From positions 1 to 64,000 of the IMG/VR virus record IMGVR_UViG_3300035698_005189: a stretch of DNA of 64,000 nucleotides. One strand, 5' to 3'. Shown here piece after piece: positions 26,972 to 35,380 of this stretch. The DNA is from a virus. Position numbers and translations under genes: made by a program. Every line of letters begins with the position of its first letter. Within the stretch, counting starts at the first letter, position 1. The notes below the pieces were generated by a model, which was not told the DNA's origin, did not search any database, and was given only the letters and a program-made list of their open reading frames with translations.

Positions 26972-28627
26972 TCATACGTTGATCTCGTATCGAGTCACCC
27001 GCGCCGGGCGGGCTGGCCACTCTGACCTTATGGCCTTCTCAGCGGTGTCGTCCAGCTCGTCGCCCCAGGCACCGTCCCCGTCCTCGGGACTGAAGTCGAA
27101 GTCGGCATCGGATGCCTCGTCCTCCTGAGCCGGTTCGCCAGGCGCTCCGGGCTCACCAGGACCACCCGACCCGCCGCCCATGTCGGGCTGCTCTGCGGCT
27201 TCCTGGGCTTGCTTGTTCTGGAGCCAGGTCGGGTCGAGGATGATCTCACCGAGCCCGTCAGGCATCGGCTCCATCCCGGCGGAGTCGCGGGCTTCGTCGA
27301 CCGTAACGAAGACCTTGGTCTGCTTGGCGAGAAGTTCGGCTTCGGCGTCGGGGCCCTTCTCGGACAGGCCCACGGGGACCGCCTCGAAGTCGTCGTCGAG
27401 CTGCCGGACGAAGTAGGTGTTGAGGCACTCGAAGAGCCACTCGACCAGCGGTCGCAGACCGAGGTCGCGCGACGCCTTGAGCTTCTCTTCGATGGACGAC
27501 TGACCCATGGCCCCAGACTGCCCGGTGTTCCCGTAGCTGAAGTTGACCTCTTCGGGTGCGATCTGGAACCGGGCGCAGACGACCTTGATCAGGAAGTCCA
27601 GCCAGGAGCTGTACTCCATATCACGATTCGACATCTGCATGTTAATCCACTGCAGCTCTTCGGCGTTCGTGATCGGGGTGCGCCAGGCGTTGGATACGCC
27701 GCTGACCATCGCGTGCCACTGGCGGCGGAAGCCGTCCAGCTGGCGCGACGGGATCGGGCCCTTGAAGTTGAGGATTCCCTTGGTCGCTGAGCCCTGTGAG
27801 AAGAAGCGACGATTGTACTCCATACCCCACAGGAACCCCGTGATCTCACGGACCAGGGTCTCGATCTCGGAGATGCCGTAGCCGTAGGCATGTAGAGACG
27901 TCCTGGGGTTGCGGGTGCAGAACGCCATCTCGTCTGGGGCGAAGTCGGCGAAGACCGACCCGTTGATGACCTGGACGGCGTAGGGGTCGCCTGACGACCG
28001 TGTGCCTGGGTCCAGCAGGCGGATGGTGTCGGCTGCGAGTAGGGACAGGTAGGCCGGCTGGCCCTTCCGGTTGCGTACGATCTCGAAGGGGGCCTGGTCC
28101 CAGATCAGGGAGTTCTCGACCATCATGCGGCCGAAGGTCCGGAGGGGTACGCCGTCCTGCGGGCGGTTGTCTGGGACCACGCCGGTCGTCAGGAGCAGCG
28201 CCTCCAGCTCACCGGCTCGCTTGTCGGAGGCCCGGGTGACCTTGGCCTTCTTGTCGCGGAGGCGGACCCGGAAGCCAGCCCCATGGCGATCCTCGGGCTG
28301 GACAAGGAACGTCGCCACCTGATTCGCCCGGACCTTGATGACGTCGGCGACGACAGGTACTCCACGACCGATCATCTCCATAGCCCCGTAGGACAGCGAC
28401 GTCGGCCGCTCCCGGTAGCCCATGGCAGCGACGAGGTCGAACGGGTCCCAGTGGAGCCCCTTGGGAGCCTCTTCGGTATCCTTGACGTTGCGGGCGGGGC
28501 TCGTGATGGTCCCGGGGTCGGCTGGCTGCGCCGACCGTGGGGCCTTGCTGATGGAGTCCTCCACGGCGACCGTAGCCCGTCGGGCCACGGCTCCGCCGAG
28601 AGATGTGAGGTCGTCGCGCAGGCCCAT
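26972..28627 (-). CDS. Portal protein (Twort-like)
   Basis: 'RNPRT...YGYGISEIE', 'NRRFFSQGSATKGIL', 'DMEYSSWLDFLIKVVCARFQIAPEEVNF', 'SRDLGLRPL', 'TVDEAR'. Confidence 0.92.
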   Translation of the reverse strand: MGLRDDLTSLGGAVARRATVAVEDSISKAPRSAQPADPGTITSPARNVKDTEEAPKGLHWDPFDLVAAMGYRERPTSLSYGAMEMIGRGVPVVADVIKVRANQVATFLVQPEDRHGAGFRVRLRDKKAKVTRASDKRAGELEALLLTTGVVPDNRPQDGVPLRTFGRMMVENSLIWDQAPFEIVRNRKGQPAYLSLLAADTIRLLDPGTRSSGDPYAVQVINGSVFADFAPDEMAFCTRNPRTSLHAYGYGISEIETLVREITGFLWGMEYNRRFFSQGSATKGILNFKGPIPSRQLDGFRRQWHAMVSGVSNAWRTPITNAEELQWINMQMSNRDMEYSSWLDFLIKVVCARFQIAPEEVNFSYGNTGQSGAMGQSSIEEKLKASRDLGLRPLVEWLFECLNTYFVRQLDDDFEAVPVGLSEKGPDAEAELLAKQTKVFVTVDEARDSAGMEPMPDGLGEIILDPTWLQNKQAQEAAEQPDMGGGSGGPGEPGAPGEPAQEDEASDADFDFSPEDGDGAWGDELDDTAEKAIRSEWPARPARVTRYEINV

Positions 28628-28629
28628 GG

Positions 28630-28992
28630 CTACCCCCGGGCGAGGATGGAGAGGGGGTCGACGAGTCGGCCACTGGGGGAGCGGACGGGCGCTCCCCGGT
28701 TGTCGATGGCGCCCACGGTGGCAGCCTTGACGACCGGCGCAGCCTCGAGGCCTGGGCCCCGGGTCCGGTCGCCCATGGTCAGGGCGGCCTGAGCGGTGTA
28801 GTCCGGAGCGACGTCGTAGCTGCAGACACCGACGAGGAGCGGTTCGGCCTTGACGACCTGCTCCACAGCCGCAGGGCTATCGGCCACGACAGGGGCCACC
28901 GGGGCGGCTTTGACGAGGTCGGGGTCGGCGGGGGATACGCGGGCGGGGTGGCCAGCGGTGAGGATGGCGAGTGCGAGGCGGTCGGTGGTCAT
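28630..28992 (-). CDS. Small protein with three V-K-A motifs
   Basis: DLVKAAP, QVVKAEP, PVVKAAT. Confidence 0.55.
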   Translation of the reverse strand: MTTDRLALAILTAGHPARVSPADPDLVKAAPVAPVVADSPAAVEQVVKAEPLLVGVCSYDVAPDYTAQAALTMGDRTRGPGLEAAPVVKAATVGAIDNRGAPVRSPSGRLVDPLSILARG

Positions 28993-31550
28993 TCTCTGCT
29001 CCTGAGTGTGGCGACCAGTTCGGTGGCCTGGCTGGTATTCATGCGGACCTCGTCATCGCTGACAAAGGAACCGGCGGGGACGGGGCCGAGGTCGCCGACG
29101 TCGCCCTTGATGACGACTGTCTCGTCATCGTGGTCTACCGTCATGCCGCCGAGCGACTTGACGAGGTTGCCGATGACGGCGGCCTTGGCGGCTGCCTTCT
29201 TGGCTTCGCCGCCCAGCCCGAAGTACCGGCGGACGGTCGTCTTGTGCTTCTTGGTGCCGTGGACAGCCGACAGGAGGCTGCCGGCGGTACTATGGACGGT
29301 GCCCTTCCAGCGGAAGGAGCCACCAGCCAAGACTTCGGCGTGACGATGGTCTTCGCCGTGTTCCTGGGCGTGACGGTCCCTGACCCGCAGGACCATGCCG
29401 GGCTGCAGGTCGTCTCGGTGGCCGTGCTCGTTGGTGGCGTGGGCCGCTCCGCGCTTCGGGCCCTTGGGGAGGGAGGGGGTCTTCTTCTTGGGTGGAGTCG
29501 GCTTCTTGGGTGCGACCTTCTTCTTGGTCGGCGACGTGTGAGCGCCGGCCTTGGTGCTGGCTCCATCCGCCATGTCGGAGCTGTACTCAGCCTCGATCCT
29601 TTTGCTACTGGACCCGCCGATAGCGTCCATATTGTCACGAGCGGCGGCTTCGTGGGCGCGGGCTGCGGCGGTATGCTTGGTTGCTCCCTTGGTGTCACCG
29701 GCGGCTCTGAGCTTCTTAGCCGATGCATGATGTGTGCCGGCTGTGCTCTGGTGGGCGTCTGCTTTCACGGTGTGAATCTTGCGGGACTTACTGCCTGGTG
29801 TGGGCTTCGCTGGGGGCTTGTGGCCGATAAGGCCGACGACGTCTGGGACCTTAGCTGCGGTCGCCTCACGACTGGACACAGACGCGGCCTCGGACGCGGC
29901 CTCGGCCCTCTTCGAGACGCGGAAGATCCCCTTTCCGCCAGCGTGGGCGGCTGCTGCCTCGTCGTGGGCCATGGCTGCCGTGTAGTGCGCCAGTGCGGCT
30001 GTCCTACCGGCGATGCCGGCGGCACTACTTCCGCTGCCGGCCTCGTCCTCGTGGCTGGCGGCCTTCTCCCTGTGCTCTGCAGCCTGGCGGCCGTGGTGGT
30101 GGGCGGCCTCGTTCACGGGCTTCTGGGTGCCTGTCTTGGGCTCTGTGTACTGGTACTCCCAGCCAGCCCCCTTGCGGCGTCGCTGTCCACCGTGCTTACC
30201 CCCAGGGATCGCTTGCCAGCCGCCTTCAGCCTTCACGATAAACCCGGAGTCGGCGGTCTGGGTACGGGGGAGAAGGAGGCGACCGGAGGTCGTGAGCATG
30301 GGGTTCGACATGGACTTTCGCACCTTGCTGGCGACCTTGTCGGACGCCGTTACGATCTTGCCGTGGTTGCGGTGGGCGAAGGCTGAGCCCATCGCAGCAC
30401 CGGCGGGACCCAGGAGGACGGCTCCCACAGTCGCGCCGAGGGCGAGGACTGCGAGGGTACGCAGGCTGTGGCCAAGAACGGACAGGCCTGCGCGGGTCGG
30501 ATGGGAGCGGCTGTGTCGTGCCTGGTGGCGGAGGGCAGCGATTTGCTTGAGCAGTTTCGCGTGCTGGGCCTTGTGCTTCCCGCCCGGGTCCAGGGTCTCC
30601 TCGATGGTCTTCGTAGTCCGCTCGACGACATGGGCGGCCCCAGCCAGCGACGCCGCCTCACGGGGGTCGGTCGGTGGCTGGTGGTCTTCGTCGGTCAGGT
30701 CGGCTGGCTCTACGACGCCGGCCCAGGCTGCGATGTACGCCGCCTCGTCGACAGGGGAGGTGTCAGCCCCGTCTGCGGGCTCAGGACCGGCTGGGGTATT
30801 GCCAGGGGCCTCCGACGGTGCTCCCGGGGCGGGGGCTGCGCCCAGCTTCTTGCCGGACGCCTTCTCCATTCGCGTCACGAGGGCGTCGAGGTGCTCCATC
30901 GTGTGGCCGGGCTTGAGCTTCCCACGGATGCGGATGCCGGCGGACTTCGCCTGCTTCCGGATCTCGCGGAACCGGGCGGCGACCTTAGGGTCGGCGTCGC
31001 CCTTGGCTGGGGGAGTGACCTTGTCGCCCTGGATCGGCTCACCGGGCTTCCTGCCTGGCAGGTTAGACGACCCGCCCCGCCAGTACTCGTACCCGTTGCC
31101 CTTCTTGCGGCGAAAGCTGCCCTTCTTGCTCCGGGGTGCCGGCTCCCAGCCAGCACCCGGGGGCCCAGCCTTCCTGAGTCGCACGCCATGGTCGATGACC
31201 TGGGGCGCGAGTGAGTCGGGAATGCCGGCCTGGCGGAGGACCTTGGGGACGTCGAATAGCTCGCAGGCGTCGTTCGCTACAGCATCGATGACGTTGGCCA
31301 GCTGCCGGGCGGTGGAGACGTCCAGACCGAAGGCGGACGCGGCCTCTTCGGCTGACTCGAAGTCGCGCTTGATGGGGCGCTGCTTCGGTCGCTCGGTCAC
31401 TGGGAACTTGGCAGAGAGCCACGCAGCCCGGTCAGGGTCGTTGACGTCATGCCAGACCCTATCGTCAAGTTCGGGATGCTTGCCTGTGGCGCGGCGTCGG
31501 GAGTCAGGGATCACAGTATGGACCTCCGACCTAATGTTACGCCGTCCCAC
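28989..31550 (-). CDS. 853-aa multi-module protein (two cargo motifs, hydrophobic segment, His/Ala helical repeats, RAMA/DUF2924-like C-terminal domain)
   Basis: Between terminase and portal; C-terminal 'PGMVLRV...AEVLAGGSFRWKGTVHSTAGSLLSAVHG...YFGL'. Confidence 0.7.
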   Translation of the reverse strand: MGRRNIRSEVHTVIPDSRRRATGKHPELDDRVWHDVNDPDRAAWLSAKFPVTERPKQRPIKRDFESAEEAASAFGLDVSTARQLANVIDAVANDACELFDVPKVLRQAGIPDSLAPQVIDHGVRLRKAGPPGAGWEPAPRSKKGSFRRKKGNGYEYWRGGSSNLPGRKPGEPIQGDKVTPPAKGDADPKVAARFREIRKQAKSAGIRIRGKLKPGHTMEHLDALVTRMEKASGKKLGAAPAPGAPSEAPGNTPAGPEPADGADTSPVDEAAYIAAWAGVVEPADLTDEDHQPPTDPREAASLAGAAHVVERTTKTIEETLDPGGKHKAQHAKLLKQIAALRHQARHSRSHPTRAGLSVLGHSLRTLAVLALGATVGAVLLGPAGAAMGSAFAHRNHGKIVTASDKVASKVRKSMSNPMLTTSGRLLLPRTQTADSGFIVKAEGGWQAIPGGKHGGQRRRKGAGWEYQYTEPKTGTQKPVNEAAHHHGRQAAEHREKAASHEDEAGSGSSAAGIAGRTAALAHYTAAMAHDEAAAAHAGGKGIFRVSKRAEAASEAASVSSREATAAKVPDVVGLIGHKPPAKPTPGSKSRKIHTVKADAHQSTAGTHHASAKKLRAAGDTKGATKHTAAARAHEAAARDNMDAIGGSSSKRIEAEYSSDMADGASTKAGAHTSPTKKKVAPKKPTPPKKKTPSLPKGPKRGAAHATNEHGHRDDLQPGMVLRVRDRHAQEHGEDHRHAEVLAGGSFRWKGTVHSTAGSLLSAVHGTKKHKTTVRRYFGLGGEAKKAAAKAAVIGNLVKSLGGMTVDHDDETVVIKGDVGDLGPVPAGSFVSDDEVRMNTSQATELVATLRSRE

Positions 31551-33180
31551 CTACTTCGTCCACGGCCCCGAGGCCAAACCAGTCGGTCCCTGATCCGTCG
31601 TTAGGGTAGTCGTCGGCTGGCGCGACTGCTGGGACGTCCCCGACCATGTCCCCGGAGCCGGTCTCGTCGACAAGGTCGAAGGCGTCTCCGATGGCGGCTG
31701 CACGGTCGGCCATCCAGAGGGCCATCACAGTGTCATCGTGGGCCCCGACGCCCTGCAGCTTGCCCTGCGCCCACGAGAACGATGTCATCTCACCGATCCA
31801 GAGGCTGACCAGCTCGCGTGTCTCTTCGGCCCAAGCGATCCTGAACTTCCCATTCTCGAGAAGCATCCGTAGGGCGGGCACGCCCTGGTCGAGGGCATTC
31901 TTGTTCGACGAATAGGTCTTCTGCATACCACGCCGCATAGTCGAGGCCTGCTTGGCGCCTCCGCGACCCGTCGTGTAGAAGGCCTTGATGGGGACGTCCG
32001 ACTCCTGTACGACCATGTCAGTAATCACGCGTTGGTACTGATTCGCTTCGCAGAAGACGAGCCCACAGCCGTACTTACGCGACAGGCTGACTATGATGTC
32101 GATCTGGGTCTGGTAGCCGATCCCCTGGCGGCGGACAATATCGACGATGTATCGGTCCCCATTCTCAGCCACTGCGATGACGAAGCACACGAACCAGTCA
32201 GCCTTGGCTGATGCGGACAGGGCGAGGTCGACCCCCATGTAGGTCGCGCAGTTGTTAGCCCGCCAGTACGAGCCCGGGAGCCCGAGCGGATAAGGGAGCT
32301 TGACTCCGGGCGTGTCGAAGAGGGTGGACGGGAATAGCGATGAGTCGTCCGAGATGGGCGTGCAGAGCAACTCACGCGACCAGCGGAGCGACGAGCCCAG
32401 GATGCGCTTCTTGACAGCCAGGGCGGGGAGGTCGTAACGCGCCGGCCAGAGGGGGTCGCCCTCGGGGCCGATAGCTGGGTGCTTGCCGACACTGAACTCA
32501 CCCGTCTCTTCCAGGTGCGCGTACAGGTCCTGAGCGTGGAACGGGGTGCCGACCACGATGAGCTGACCGCCGGGGACGATCATGGGCTCGATGGCGGACA
32601 GGAAGTAGTCGATGGCCTTCTTTCGGACGGTGTAGCTCCACAGGTGGTCATCGTTCAGGACGTCGTCGGCCACCGCCCAGAATGGGTGGCCACCACGAAC
32701 GCGAGTACCGAAGCCACGGGCGCGGATCTCGGAACCGTTGGCGAACCGGAGGGCGCGGGCTGTGTCCTTTTTCAGGGGCAGGAGGTGAGCCAGCTTCGGG
32801 TTGCCGTACTCACCGAATTCGCCATCGCCACAGACCTCAGCGCGGATCTTGGCGAGGTGCTCCTCGGCCTGGGTGGATGTGGCCGAGAAGATGTACCCCA
32901 GCGACCTGGGGGCCTTGATGTCGGCCATCCAGATCGGGTATGCGAAGTCGAAGAAGTAGCTCTTGCCGTGGTCACGGGCGGCCAGCTCGAGGACGCGCCG
33001 GGACGAGCCCAGCGTGTCTCCCCAGTCGATGTGGTGGGGCCCAAGGATGAATCGCCCACCGTAGGCGGGCGGCCCTCTGAGGGTCTCGGAGGCGTAGAAG
33101 GGCAGGTAGGAGCGACGCATCGACTCGTAGTCGGTGCGCCACTTAGGGTCGTCGAGCCTTTTTGCCCTTGCTGCATCCAC
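31537..33180 (-). CDS. terL: Terminase large subunit
   Basis: Walker A 'AARDHGKS', Walker B 'VADDV', 'VGTP', nuclease 'MGVDLA' and 'HDDTVMALW'. Confidence 0.95.
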   Translation of the reverse strand: MDAARAKRLDDPKWRTDYESMRRSYLPFYASETLRGPPAYGGRFILGPHHIDWGDTLGSSRRVLELAARDHGKSYFFDFAYPIWMADIKAPRSLGYIFSATSTQAEEHLAKIRAEVCGDGEFGEYGNPKLAHLLPLKKDTARALRFANGSEIRARGFGTRVRGGHPFWAVADDVLNDDHLWSYTVRKKAIDYFLSAIEPMIVPGGQLIVVGTPFHAQDLYAHLEETGEFSVGKHPAIGPEGDPLWPARYDLPALAVKKRILGSSLRWSRELLCTPISDDSSLFPSTLFDTPGVKLPYPLGLPGSYWRANNCATYMGVDLALSASAKADWFVCFVIAVAENGDRYIVDIVRRQGIGYQTQIDIIVSLSRKYGCGLVFCEANQYQRVITDMVVQESDVPIKAFYTTGRGGAKQASTMRRGMQKTYSSNKNALDQGVPALRMLLENGKFRIAWAEETRELVSLWIGEMTSFSWAQGKLQGVGAHDDTVMALWMADRAAAIGDAFDLVDETGSGDMVGDVPAVAPADDYPNDGSGTDWFGLGAVDEVGGTA

Positions 33181-33186
33181 CAGCGA

Positions 33187-34374
33187 CTATCCCCCGGGCG
33201 GGGGTGGTGGCGGCTTCCTCTTGGTCGCCTTCTTGCGCTTCTTCGGCTTCTTGGCGGCGGGGGCGGCCTCTTCGACGCCACCTTCGTCGAGGCGGAGGGG
33301 CATGGTCAGTACCTCGACCTGGACTTCGCCGCCGCCCCAGACGATGACGCCCTGAAGGGGTCCGTTGACGGACAGGGCGAGGATGTCGCCGCCGGCCTTG
33401 GCGATGACGCCTGCTGCCAGCGACATGGCTGCCGGGGAGATCCCGAAGAGCACTCCCTCAGCCAGGGTAGCGACGTCGGCCTCCCCGTCGGGCTTGCCCT
33501 CGACCTCCACGTCCCCGACGAACTCACCGATGCCGGTGGCCGTGGCTCCACTCGAGCCCTGGCAAGCGATGCGTCGGCCGCTGACGGTGATACGGAAGGC
33601 TACCAGGGGATTGTCGGCCACAACGGAGGCACGGTCGAACATACCCGCTAGGACCTTCCCAGCGACGTCCACCCTGACCCGGGCTGCGTCGTTGCGCTGC
33701 GCGACCAGGACATTCTCGACGGCGGAGTCGGGCCACTCGAGGCCGATGCCGGTACACCAGCGGATCTGACCGGAGGACGCCTCGCGTACGAAGACCCGGT
33801 GGTTGTCCAGGGAGAACTCGCAGTCTCCGCGCAGGCCAGCGAGCGTGTCGGCCGGCATGGTGAAGGGCTCGGGCAAGACTCCGCCCTTCCATGCGACCGC
33901 AACCGTGGTGGCCGAGGCCGCCGCAGTCCATTCGTGGTGGAAGCGGATGCCGCTCAGGGCGTAGGCTGCGGCGTCGCGTGGGGCTGCCCCGGCTGCGATG
34001 GCAGCGATAGCCGACATCTCAGCGCCGGTGACCTTGACCCAGCCCTCGGTTGGGATGGGCGGCGGAGCCGCCACGGCCTCTTCTTCGAGGACCTGTAGGG
34101 TGTATCGTCCTCCGGAGCCTTCGACGACCAGCCGGTCACCCTTGCGGGACAGGGTGGGCTCGTTCAGGGCCTTTACCATCTTGGCCAGGGTCGCACAGTC
34201 CACGGCGGCGCTGACGGTTGCTGCCTCGCACGGGATGCGGACGCCTGACTCCACGTTCTGGGCGACGATGTGACCGTCTCCCAATACCGCGCAGTTCAGG
34301 CCGTTGTCGGGTCGGCTGGCGGCGTACTTGCCGGCCACACCGAGAGCAGAGTTGAGGTCCATGCAGATCTCCAT
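33187..34374 (-). CDS. DNA polymerase III beta-clamp-like sliding clamp
   Basis: ~390 aa with 'ALSGIRF', 'WPD' and C-terminal 'LTMPLRL', echoing DnaN; K/P-rich tail. Confidence 0.6.
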   Translation of the reverse strand: MEICMDLNSALGVAGKYAASRPDNGLNCAVLGDGHIVAQNVESGVRIPCEAATVSAAVDCATLAKMVKALNEPTLSRKGDRLVVEGSGGRYTLQVLEEEAVAAPPPIPTEGWVKVTGAEMSAIAAIAAGAAPRDAAAYALSGIRFHHEWTAAASATTVAVAWKGGVLPEPFTMPADTLAGLRGDCEFSLDNHRVFVREASSGQIRWCTGIGLEWPDSAVENVLVAQRNDAARVRVDVAGKVLAGMFDRASVVADNPLVAFRITVSGRRIACQGSSGATATGIGEFVGDVEVEGKPDGEADVATLAEGVLFGISPAAMSLAAGVIAKAGGDILALSVNGPLQGVIVWGGGEVQVEVLTMPLRLDEGGVEEAAPAAKKPKKRKKATKRKPPPPPPGG

Positions 34375-34443
34375 GGAGTTGCCGGGGGCCTGTGTCGTCG
34401 CGCGTGGGGTCGGCGGTCACCTCGTCACCATAACCCAGAACGA

Positions 34444-34480
34444 GCCAAGGCCCGGGAGCGATGTGCTCCCGGGCCTTGGC
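34444..34480 (-). terminator. Intrinsic terminator-like hairpin (perfect 16-bp stem)
   Basis: gccaaggcccgggagc-gatgt-gctcccgggccttggc, followed on the minus strand by TCGTTCT. Confidence 0.7.
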
Positions 34481-34644
34481 GGTGGTCTGTGCTATCCTTC
34501 CTCGTCATCATCCATGTCCTCGAACTCGTCGCGCTGCAGGTCGGTGCCAGCGATGATGTCGGCAAACACCCTGACTCTTGGGCGGCTCCCCGGCGGTGTA
34601 ACCCGTCGTGACGCGCACCCGACTCGTACGCGTCTCCAAAAGGT

Positions 34645-34977
34645 TTAGGCGGCGTGGACGTTGATGATCTTGCGGCCCTTCACGTCGACGAGGTCGGTGA
34701 TGGCGTTGACACTGGCCAGCGCGAGGTGGTCACTGTCCTGGTCGGCGTCCACGAGGCCGATGGTCAGGAGGATGTTCATGGCCACGAAGTCTACGAGGTC
34801 GCACTCTTCTTCGACGATGACCCACTCACCGAAGACACCCGTCTCGAGGTCGGCGCGGCGTACGCGGATGTAGCCAGACCACTCGTCGTCTTTGTTGTCG
34901 TCGAAGCGCTCGATGAGGATGCGGGTGGCGTCAATTTCGAGGGTCTCGGTGGGCAGGGCGGCTGCGGTCTCTGGCAT
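34645..34977 (-). CDS. Acidic hypothetical protein (possibly extends to 34492)
   Basis: GGAG RBS; lies directly downstream of repeat copy 1. Confidence 0.65.
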   Translation of the reverse strand: MPETAAALPTETLEIDATRILIERFDDNKDDEWSGYIRVRRADLETGVFGEWVIVEEECDLVDFVAMNILLTIGLVDADQDSDHLALASVNAITDLVDVKGRKIINVHAA

Positions 34978-34980
34978 AAC

Positions 34981-35062
34981 GACTCCGTGATGGTTGGCGG
35001 CGGGACACTCCCGCCTTCACCAATATAGGGAGTGCGCCCAGCTACGCCGTGATCATTCGTCT
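34981..35062 (-). promoter_or_regulatory. Repeated promoter/leader element, copy 1
   Basis: 40-bp core 35023-35062 is 38/40 identical to 41274-41313; followed on the minus strand by a hairpin, CCAACC and a GGAG RBS. Confidence 0.75.
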
Positions 35063-35380
35063 CATGTTTTCTGCAGCGTGCCCAGCTATTCGTCTTAGGG
35101 CAGTCTCCAGGTCCATGTCCCCGGCCCGGACCTCGTCGGCCAGCACCTCGACCCAGGCATCCAGCGCACCCAGCTCCACGACAGGCGGGGGAGGGGGGAC
35201 GCCCAGCCAGAGGGCGAGGCCGTTCGCTACCTCTACGTCGTCGGTGGCCTTGGCGTAGGCGCGGAGTGCGACGACGGCAGCGGGGTCCCTGCCCGGCACC
35301 AGCACGAAGGCCTCCCGATCACCCAGCGGGCCCCGGTGGTGGTGGACTACGCTGAACTTACCAGCGAGCCAGCCGCTCAA
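35042..35380 (-). CDS. Hypothetical protein
   Basis: 'FVLVPGRDPAAVVALRAYA' is a common small phage protein pattern. Confidence 0.6.
   Translation of the reverse strand: MSGWLAGKFSVVHHHRGPLGDREAFVLVPGRDPAAVVALRAYAKATDDVEVANGLALWLGVPPPPPVVELGALDAWVEVLADEVRAGDMDLETALRRIAGHAAENMRRMITA

Noticed and set aside
13043-33180. Inteins or introns explaining the large helicase or terminase
   Set aside because: No C/S...HN-C/S/T splice motifs or LAGLIDADG blocks were noticed, and TerL is of normal length
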